Below the pieces are notes generated by a model that worked only from the letters and a program-made list of their open reading frames with translations, was not told the DNA's origin and did not search any database. A stretch of DNA of 44,070 nucleotides from a virus. Taxonomy: Duplodnaviria; Caudoviricetes. This document shows positions 37,709 through 44,070 of the stretch, piece after piece. Every line of letters begins with the position of its first letter. Position 1 is the first letter of the stretch. The position numbers were made by a program, and so were the translations under genes. The DNA lies in the IMG/VR virus record IMGVR_UViG_3300032218_002221, positions 1 to 44,070 of that record; one strand, given 5' to 3'.

Positions 37709-38459
37709 TTTTGATTATCAATTTGATGTGTATAAATTCCATGAAATGGGATTTAATATTGGTTTATTACCTAATGATATTGCACAAGAAGCAAAATCTA
37801 TAATTAAAAATACAAAATTTAAAAATTTCGTAGAGATTAACGAAAAAAATAAGATCGAAGATATTAATTTAAATAATCAATTTCCTGTTGCGGCTTCTTG
37901 GTCTCAAATGCCTTACGACACTTTAACTACTATAATGTCTCCTAACAATTCAAAAGAATTGAAAGAAATATTTACAATAAATGATTTTCCATATGAAGAA
38001 AGATTGAGAGAATTATATTGTTTTAATAATGCTCCTTTAGAAGTTAAGCATTTAGCAAATAAAGTAATTACAATGGATTTTTTTAAACCTTTGAGAGAAA
38101 GCTTTGTTAGAGAACAACATAAAAATACTTCTTGGTTAAGAACAATAAAATCTTTTACTTATGGTCTTTGGAATGGAACTGAAAATTTGCCTTGGCATAA
38201 TGATACTGACGATTGTTGTAATATGATGATATTAATGTATTTTAACGAAGAAAAAACTTGGAAAGAAGAATGGAAAGGACAAATCTGTTTTGGTAAAGAA
38301 CAAGAGAACGGTGAAATAAAAGAAATATATCAGCATTTTCCTGTAGATTCTAGTTTTGTTTGTATTAACAATTATAATCCTTTAATGAGACATAAAACAA
38401 TTGCAAACGATTATAGTAAAAATAGATTTACTTTTAATTTTAAATTTAAATTTGAATAA
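37698..38459 (+). CDS. 2OG-Fe(II) oxygenase
   Basis: LPWHNDTD, ILMYFN..TWKEEWKGQI and MRHKT...RFTFNF. Confidence 0.85.
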   Translation: MNLNFDYQFDVYKFHEMGFNIGLLPNDIAQEAKSIIKNTKFKNFVEINEKNKIEDINLNNQFPVAASWSQMPYDTLTTIMSPNNSKELKEIFTINDFPYEERLRELYCFNNAPLEVKHLANKVITMDFFKPLRESFVREQHKNTSWLRTIKSFTYGLWNGTENLPWHNDTDDCCNMMILMYFNEEKTWKEEWKGQICFGKEQENGEIKEIYQHFPVDSSFVCINNYNPLMRHKTIANDYSKNRFTFNFKFKFE

Positions 38460-38988
38460 CTTTGTCTAAAGATGGAACGAAATAATCAAAAGTCATAACA
38501 CGTCTATTTACATTATCATTATTAATATTTGCTTTATGTTTAAATGCGTTGCTTACATTTAACATAAACAAGTCACCTTTTTTAGGAAATAAATTAAATT
38601 CTTCTGTGTCGTTTTTAATATCAAATCCATTATTATGTTCTTTAGTATCATCTAAGTACAAATTAAAAACTAAACAAATATTTAAATCTGCCCAAGTGTC
38701 TACATCACTGTGCCATTTACGTGCTTTATTGTGAGCTAGATTGACACCTAATTTACGAAGATTTTTATATTCAGAACCAAAAAAACTTACATATCTTTGT
38801 TCTATTAATTCTGCAAATTCATTTATTATAGGAATTAATAAAGGGTCATTTTTATAAACAAAATCATCTGATTGATTTCCTGCTTGAATAAAGTTAAAAT
38901 TATCAAAGTTATATTTAAATGCTTCTGGAAATGAAAATACCGTAAAACCCTTTATATAAAAGTCATTTAAATGTTCAGTTTTTAACAT
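38446..38988 (-). CDS. 2OG-Fe(II) oxygenase, convergent with the operon
   Basis: KWHSD, NLYLDD, PKKGDL and FKHKA...RRVMTF. Paralog of 35332-35838. Confidence 0.85.
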   Translation of the reverse strand: MLKTEHLNDFYIKGFTVFSFPEAFKYNFDNFNFIQAGNQSDDFVYKNDPLLIPIINEFAELIEQRYVSFFGSEYKNLRKLGVNLAHNKARKWHSDVDTWADLNICLVFNLYLDDTKEHNNGFDIKNDTEEFNLFPKKGDLFMLNVSNAFKHKANINNDNVNRRVMTFDYFVPSLDKVIQI

Positions 38989-38994
38989 ATTTAA

Positions 38995-39013
38995 TATTTA
39001 TCTTATATAAATA
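38995..39013. promoter_or_regulatory. back-to-back late promoters: GATAAATA (-, 39002-38995) and TATAAATA (+, 39006-39013)
   Basis: Both lie in the divergent intergenic gap. The + copy is an exact consensus. Confidence 0.6.
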
Positions 39014-39016
39014 TCA

Positions 39017-39045
39017 TTGACATTTTTAATATATTAATGTATAAT
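39017..39045 (+). promoter_or_regulatory. perfect sigma70 consensus promoter TTGACA-N17-TATAAT
   Basis: TTGACA at 39017-39022 and TATAAT at 39040-39045, followed by an AAGGAG SD and ATG 39069. Confidence 0.8.
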
Positions 39046-39068
39046 AACTGTAAAAGGAGTGAATAATT

Positions 39069-39281
39069 ATGACTATTACTATAAATGGTAAAGATTATGA
39101 TGAGACAAAGTTTAGTGATAAATTAAAAAATTATATTATCGCTAGACAAGAGATACAACAAAATAAAACTAGATTAATAATTGAAGTTGAAAAAATTGAT
39201 GTATTGACTGAGTACTATAATAATAAAATAGTAGAAGAACTAGGTGACCAACCAGTACTAGAAGCAACAGAAAAAAAATAA
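39069..39281 (+). CDS. small coiled-coil hypothetical protein
   Basis: MTITINGKDYDETKFS... with a strong SD. Confidence 0.8.
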   Translation: MTITINGKDYDETKFSDKLKNYIIARQEIQQNKTRLIIEVEKIDVLTEYYNNKIVEELGDQPVLEATEKK

Positions 39282-39289
39282 ATAAGTAA

Positions 39290-39625
39290 ATGGGTGCAAT
39301 TGCAAATTTAAATATTGATCAAGGGTCAACATTTTCATCAGACGTGTCTGTAAAAGATTTAGTGGGAAATCCTTTAAATTTAACAGGTTACACTGCATCT
39401 GCAAAAATGGCCAAAGGTTATTCTTCAACAAGTACAAGAGTACCCATTACTACAAGTATAAACACTGCTACGGGCATAGTTTCTCTTACTTTAACTGCTA
39501 CTCAAACTGCTGCTTTAGAGGCTGCACGTTATGTATATGATGTAAAAATAACAGATTCCTTAAATCAATCGACAAGAATTGTTGAGGGAATTATTACAGT
39601 AAGACCACAAGTAAGTACATCATAA
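39290..39625 (+). CDS. virion structural protein (adaptor-like beta sandwich)
   Basis: ANLNIDQGSTFS...LNLTGYTASAKM...GIVSLTLTATQT...RYVYDV...RIVEGIITVRPQV, a pattern common ahead of T4-like fibre genes. Confidence 0.78.
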   Translation: MGAIANLNIDQGSTFSSDVSVKDLVGNPLNLTGYTASAKMAKGYSSTSTRVPITTSINTATGIVSLTLTATQTAALEAARYVYDVKITDSLNQSTRIVEGIITVRPQVSTS

Positions 39626-39652
39626 TATATTATAATATAAACAAAATAATAT

Positions 39653-39660
39653 TATAAATA
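39653..39660 (+). promoter_or_regulatory. T4-type late promoter TATAAATA
   Basis: Exact consensus, intergenic. Confidence 0.75.
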
Positions 39661-39681
39661 TAGAGTAAAAGGGAGAGACAA

Positions 39682-39942
39682 TTGTCTTATATTGTAGCAA
39701 ATATTCAAGGAAGTCCATTACAACCTCAACAGGTTTCAGTAACTCTACCTTCAATGGGTAGTTTAAGTAATGCGGCTTTAAATAATTCGACATTAAAACT
39801 TTCACTTTTAGGTGACGTAGATACAACAGGTATCGCTGATGGTGCTATTTTACAATATAGAGCAAGCGATCAAAAATTTTTTACTACAACTAATGTTATT
39901 ACTTCTACTGGTAATTTAACTTTAAATGGAGGCGAGTACTAA
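39682..39942 (+). CDS. small virion protein (TTG start)
   Basis: GGGAG SD before the TTG. LSLLGDVDTTGIADGAILQY fibre motif and C-terminal NGGEY. Confidence 0.7.
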   Translation: MSYIVANIQGSPLQPQQVSVTLPSMGSLSNAALNNSTLKLSLLGDVDTTGIADGAILQYRASDQKFFTTTNVITSTGNLTLNGGEY

Positions 39943-39945
39943 TAA

Positions 39946-41688
39946 ATGGCAACTATAATTAAAATTAAAACGTCATCTGGCATAGGTACACCCGCAACAG
40001 CAAAAGTTGGAGAACTTTCATATTCATACGCTGCAGGTACATACAATACATTAGGAGATAGACTTTTTATTGGTGTAGGTCCAGTAGGGGGAGATGGAAA
40101 CGCATCACAACAAGTTGCTATTGGTGGTAAATATTTTACAGGTCTTTTAGGTGCTACTCCAGGAACTCTGGCTGCATCAGGTGCTATATTAGTTGATGCA
40201 AATAAAGCAATAGATCAACTTATTGTAGGAAATAGTTCTGGTTCATCTGGTTCTATTAAATTAAACGAAGCAACAAATAATGGAACGGATTCCGTTACTA
40301 TTAAAGCTCCTACAACGCTTGCAGGTAGTGTAACATTTACTTTACCAAGTACTGCAGGTTCAAGTGGACAATTTTTAACAACAGATGGATTAGGAACTTT
40401 ATCTTTTGCAACTCCATCTATAACATTTACTATTTCAGGTGATACAGGTTCATCTAGTTTTTTAACTACAAACACTTTAGATTTTCAAGGTAACACGCAA
40501 ATTGTAACTGATGTTACAGGTAACCAAGTATCATTTTCAATTGGTGCTGGTTCAATTGGAACAACTCAATTAACTAATGCAGGTGTTACAAATGCAAAAT
40601 TACAATATTCAAAAACTACTTTAGGTTCTACTGATTTAACATTAGGTAGTACAGTAACTACACTTGCAGGTTTAACACAATTAGATGTTAACAATGTTAG
40701 AATATCTGGCAACACAATTTCTTCAACTAATACAGATGGTGATATAAATTTATCTCCAAACGGTCAAGGTACTGTTAAAGTTCCTTCAGGTTACAAAGAT
40801 AGAACAAGTTTTTCTGCTTTATCATTAGCAACAAAAGATTACGTTGATCAAGTTTCTCAAGGTTTAAATATAAAACAATCAGTTAAAGCTGCTACAACTG
40901 CTGCATTAGGTGCATACACTTATAATAATGGTACGTCTGGTGTTAATGCTACATTAACAAAAAATTCTCCTTATGCTACGTTTCAAATTGATACAGGTGT
41001 TTCATTAACTGTTGGTGATAGAATATTAATTAAAAATGAACCTATTGCAGGAGCGTTTGACGCATACAATGGTATCTATACAATTACAAGTATGGGTTCA
41101 TCTTCTGCTCCTTGGGTTTTAACAAGAGCAACAGACGCTGATACTCCTCAGGAATTAACTTCTGGTTCATTTGTTTTCGTATCTGAAGGTGATACAAATT
41201 CTAAAAATGGTTATGTAATTACATACACAGGAACTCTTTCATTAGGATATACAGAATTAACAGTAACACAATTTTCGGGTGCAGGTTCAGTTGTTGCAGG
41301 TGCTGCATTAACTAAAAATGGAAACACACTTGATGTTGCTGTAGATGATAGTTCAATAGAAATTAATGCAGATGCTTTAAGAATTAAAGCGCTTGGTGTT
41401 ACTAACGCAATGTTAGCAGGCAGTATTGACAATTCAAAATTATCCACACCTTATTTTACAGTTGCAGATGAAGCTGGAACACCTAGCACTTCTCAAATAA
41501 ATTTAAATAGTACACTTACATTTATAGGTGGTACTGCGTTGGATAGTGTTGTAACAACCAACACAGTTACATTTAATGCAAAAACAGCAACCGCATCTGC
41601 ATTAGGAGTTGCATATTTTCCAACAGATAATTTTACTGTAACTACAGGTTCAGTAGCAATAACAACAATAGACGGAGGAACATACTAA
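39946..41688 (+). CDS. tail fibre protein
   Basis: MATIIKIKTSS...GELSYS N-terminus, ATKDYVD, GDRILIKNE...NGIY...WVLTRATDAD and C-terminal IDGGTY. Confidence 0.82.
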   Translation: MATIIKIKTSSGIGTPATAKVGELSYSYAAGTYNTLGDRLFIGVGPVGGDGNASQQVAIGGKYFTGLLGATPGTLAASGAILVDANKAIDQLIVGNSSGSSGSIKLNEATNNGTDSVTIKAPTTLAGSVTFTLPSTAGSSGQFLTTDGLGTLSFATPSITFTISGDTGSSSFLTTNTLDFQGNTQIVTDVTGNQVSFSIGAGSIGTTQLTNAGVTNAKLQYSKTTLGSTDLTLGSTVTTLAGLTQLDVNNVRISGNTISSTNTDGDINLSPNGQGTVKVPSGYKDRTSFSALSLATKDYVDQVSQGLNIKQSVKAATTAALGAYTYNNGTSGVNATLTKNSPYATFQIDTGVSLTVGDRILIKNEPIAGAFDAYNGIYTITSMGSSSAPWVLTRATDADTPQELTSGSFVFVSEGDTNSKNGYVITYTGTLSLGYTELTVTQFSGAGSVVAGAALTKNGNTLDVAVDDSSIEINADALRIKALGVTNAMLAGSIDNSKLSTPYFTVADEAGTPSTSQINLNSTLTFIGGTALDSVVTTNTVTFNAKTATASALGVAYFPTDNFTVTTGSVAITTIDGGTY

Positions 41689-41828
41689 TGGCATTTTTAG
41701 CTTGGCATATTTTAGCAATTTTAACAGTTATGATTGGTTCATTTTTAATCGGTTATAGCATAGCAAAAAAAGAAGATAGAAAAAATTTTACAGTAGTTGA
41801 AAAGATTAGAAATATTTTAAGAAAGTAA
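41688..41828 (+). CDS. small membrane protein, 46 aa (not in ORF track)
   Basis: MAFLAWHILAILTVMIGSFLIGYSIAKKEDRKNFTVVEKIRNILRK. GGAGG SD and TAATG overlap. Confidence 0.7.
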   Translation: MAFLAWHILAILTVMIGSFLIGYSIAKKEDRKNFTVVEKIRNILRK

Positions 41829-41834
41829 TTTACA

Positions 41835-42212
41835 ATGACAACTGTTTTAAAACCTAAACGTTCAGAGGTACAATATTCTATTCCAGGTACAAGCGACTTA
41901 CAAGTCGGCGAACTGGCGATGAATATTAGAGACGGAAAGTTTTACACAAAAGATTCTTTTAATGTTGTTAAAGAAATTGGAGGAGCGGGATCTGTTTCTT
42001 TTCAAACAGTTTTAGGTAATGGAAATAAAACAACTTATGATATTTGGTTAAATGGTTCTAATTTAGTATTTGAAGGTAATTATGAAAATGCTTTTCATAC
42101 AAATTTAACAGTCGTTGAACCAACACAAACAAGAACAATAGCGTTACCTAATGATAATGGTACGTTAGCAATGGATGGAGATGCTTTGGCATACTCTATA
42201 GTATTCGGTTAA
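41835..42212 (+). CDS. short fibre-like virion protein
   Basis: KPKRSE...LQVGELAMNIRDGKFYTKD, an FEG...RTIALPN module and C-terminal ALAYSIVFG. Confidence 0.75.
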   Translation: MTTVLKPKRSEVQYSIPGTSDLQVGELAMNIRDGKFYTKDSFNVVKEIGGAGSVSFQTVLGNGNKTTYDIWLNGSNLVFEGNYENAFHTNLTVVEPTQTRTIALPNDNGTLAMDGDALAYSIVFG

Positions 42213-42216
42213 AAAA

Positions 42217-42546
42217 ATGGCAAGTATATTTACAAGTGCAGCAAATACATTAAGTACTACAAATAATAGTAGTGCAAATGTATATACATGTCCTAATGAT
42301 AAAAAAGCGGTTATTCACGCATTGTATATTTCAAATACAAACGAAACTCTAACATTAAACGTAAATATAGCAGTAACAGTTGCGGGTAATCCTACTTTTT
42401 ATTATGTAGGAAGTGGATTATCAATAGATTCAAATAACACTTTAGTTTTAGATAAACCTATCAATTTGCAATCAAATGATATAATAAGAGTATGGGCTGA
42501 TGTGGCTGGTGGTAGTGTTTATATGAGTATATTAGAGGTAACATAA
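42217..42546 (+). CDS. small virion-associated beta protein
   Basis: VYTCP...AVIHALYISN...LVLDKPINLQSNDIIRV...SILEVT. Confidence 0.7.
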   Translation: MASIFTSAANTLSTTNNSSANVYTCPNDKKAVIHALYISNTNETLTLNVNIAVTVAGNPTFYYVGSGLSIDSNNTLVLDKPINLQSNDIIRVWADVAGGSVYMSILEVT

Positions 42547-42574
42547 TGTATTGTAAAAATAACATTATTTTTTT

Positions 42575-42591
42575 TATAAATAGTATAAATA
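42575..42591 (+). promoter_or_regulatory. tandem late promoters TATAAATA-G-TATAAATA
   Basis: Two exact copies at 42575-42582 and 42584-42591. Confidence 0.75.
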
Positions 42592-42607
42592 ATTACGGAA
42601 ATATTTA

Positions 42608-43027
42608 ATGGCTTACTTAGTTAATAAATCTTTAAAAAAAGCAGAAGGTTACAATGACGAGTCAGCTGTTCATGCGTTAAAAAAAGATAATACAGGTATT
42701 TTAACGTATAGTAAAGTAAAGTTTTACGGTGACGAAGGAAGTATTAACATGAGTGATGGTTCGGGATTTCCTTATTCATTAGACCAAATTGAAAGTGGTT
42801 TTGCTACTGATGGTCAAACGTTAATTAATGATGTACAAAAAGGAGTTAGTGAAGGTTCTGATAATAGACAATATAATTTTAACTCCAGAAGTAATGATCA
42901 AATAAAAATTGATCATAGAAAAGTGACTTACTATATTAATTCGAACGGATTTTTAGTTGCTAGGTTTGACAAAAGTTATACTTATGCAGCTACACAAGAT
43001 GGAGCAACAGGCAACTGGGTTTCATAA
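42608..43027 (+). CDS. hypothetical virion-associated protein
   Basis: HALKKDNTGILTYSKV...TYYINSNGFLVAR. Late promoter upstream. Confidence 0.7.
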   Translation: MAYLVNKSLKKAEGYNDESAVHALKKDNTGILTYSKVKFYGDEGSINMSDGSGFPYSLDQIESGFATDGQTLINDVQKGVSEGSDNRQYNFNSRSNDQIKIDHRKVTYYINSNGFLVARFDKSYTYAATQDGATGNWVS

Positions 43028-43044
43028 TTAACTAGAGAGAATAA

Positions 43045-44070
43045 ATGGCAGATTTTATTTTAGGTCGTATAAAGTTTCAATTTCAAGGTCCTTGGACAAC
43101 AGGTACAGCATACATTAAAGATGACGTTGTTAAATTTGGTGGTCAATCTTATGTATGTTTAATTAATCATACAGCAGCTGCAAATTTCTATACAGATGCA
43201 AATGCTGCAACTCCATTATGGTCTGTAATGACTTCTGGAACAGATTACAAAGGAGATTGGACATCTGGAAATGGAACATCAACTTTCTTTTACAAATTAA
43301 ATGACGTTGTTAAATATGGTGGAATAAACTATATTTGTACTTTATCTCATTTTTCTGCAGCAAGTTTTGATCCTTCAAAATGGTCAATTTATGTTCCAGG
43401 ATTTAATTGGGTTTCTGCTGGATATACAAATGGTGGAACTTATAAATTAAACGATATCGTAAAATATGGTCCATCACTTTATATTTGTACAAGTGCATTA
43501 CCATTTACAAGTTCTACAGATACAATTGATCTAACAAAATTTAGTTTATTTGTTGCTGGTTTAGATTATGAAAGTTCTTGGAATTCAGCTACTGCTTATC
43601 AACCTGGCGATACAGTAAGTTACGGCGGTTACACTTATACTGCTAATCTTTCAAACACAAATAAAGTACCTTCTACTAATACATCTGAATGGACAGTATT
43701 TACAACTGGTTATAGTAGTGCAGGTGTATGGAGTAGTTCAACTGCTTATAAAATAGGATCAGTAATTAATTATGGAGGTAACGCTTATGTTGCTTTACAA
43801 GATAACACAAATGCTGCTCCTGCTGCCGCTGGAGATTCAAACTGGTCATTATTAATTAAAGGATTTAACTTTATTGATGCAGGTTGGATTAATGGAACAA
43901 CATATTATCCAGGAGATACAGTAAGATATGCTTCATCAACTTATAGAGCAAAAATATCTCATGTAGGAAATAACTCAACTACAAGACCTGATTTAGATAC
44001 AAATGCTGTTTATTGGGCACTAGTTGCTGCGGGAGATTCAAATTCAGTATTATCTGCACGTGGAGATATA
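43045..44070 (+). CDS. tail/virion protein with tandem CBM5/12-like (chitin-binding type) repeats, partial (absent from ORF track)
   Basis: MADFILGRIKFQFQGPWTTGTAYIKDDVVKFGGQSYVC... is open to the window end. About six W-x4-9-Y-x2-(G/N/D)(D/S)-x-V-x-(Y/F)G-x2-Y repeats. Confidence 0.85.
   Translation, partial: MADFILGRIKFQFQGPWTTGTAYIKDDVVKFGGQSYVCLINHTAAANFYTDANAATPLWSVMTSGTDYKGDWTSGNGTSTFFYKLNDVVKYGGINYICTLSHFSAASFDPSKWSIYVPGFNWVSAGYTNGGTYKLNDIVKYGPSLYICTSALPFTSSTDTIDLTKFSLFVAGLDYESSWNSATAYQPGDTVSYGGYTYTANLSNTNKVPSTNTSEWTVFTTGYSSAGVWSSSTAYKIGSVINYGGNAYVALQDNTNAAPAAAGDSNWSLLIKGFNFIDAGWINGTTYYPGDTVRYASSTYRAKISHVGNNSTTRPDLDTNAVYWALVAAGDSNSVLSARGDI

Noticed and set aside
25744-38988. Cluster as a DNA-modification (7-deazaguanine/QueE), anaerobic RNR activase, or molybdopterin/PQQ/heme d1 pathway
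   Set aside because: No QueC/QueD/FolE/DpdA, NrdD, Moa, Pqq or Nir partner genes are recognisable. The SPASM-like tails, the CHxS protein and the tail-gene context fit protein modification better. The alternative is not formally excluded.
1440-41447. Antisense and alternate-frame ORFs in the track (e.g. 1440-1706, 2597-2794, 2805-3002, 9199-9720, 9257-9544, 15324-15893, 16877-17059, 17385-17630, 23530-23721, 24940-25228, 26498-27067, 27243-27491, 28794-29012, 30095-30325, 35260-35466, 38549-38734, 39620-39826, 40215-40475, 41211-41447)
   Set aside because: They are shadows of well-supported genes, produced by biased codon usage, with no motifs or ribosome-binding sites.
1-44070. tRNA/rRNA genes, introns, inteins, integrase/transposase, stop-codon recoding
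   Set aside because: None was recognised. Intergenic gaps are very short, and the long genes are uninterrupted in the standard code.

Overview
This is an AT-rich, gene-dense fragment of a T4-like myovirus genome, read in the standard genetic code. The T4-like call rests on TATAAATA late promoters and on PAAR, gp25, gp6, gp7, gp9-like, gp8 and VrlC-like genes. The organisation resembles aquatic cyanophage/pelagiphage-type myoviruses, but the host cannot be determined from sequence alone. Most of the window is virion baseplate and tail-fibre genes on the + strand. Two accessory blocks interrupt them. (1) A minus-strand island (4882-7362) carries an intact BtuB-like TonB-dependent receptor and several small membrane proteins. 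(2) A ~13 kb translationally coupled enzyme operon (25744-38988) lies between tail-fibre genes. It encodes four radical SAM enzymes with SPASM-like Cys-rich C-termini, one cobalamin-binding radical SAM, seven cupin/2OG-Fe(II) oxygenase-family proteins and four unknown proteins. It also encodes a virion-like protein ending in CHASCHSSCHSNRGRR. The best candidate for an undescribed system is this operon, as a phage-encoded RiPP-like pathway that post-translationally modifies a Cys/His/Ser-repeat tail on a probable virion protein, possibly supplied with B12 by the phage's own receptor. All functional calls come from motif recognition by eye; no searches were run.
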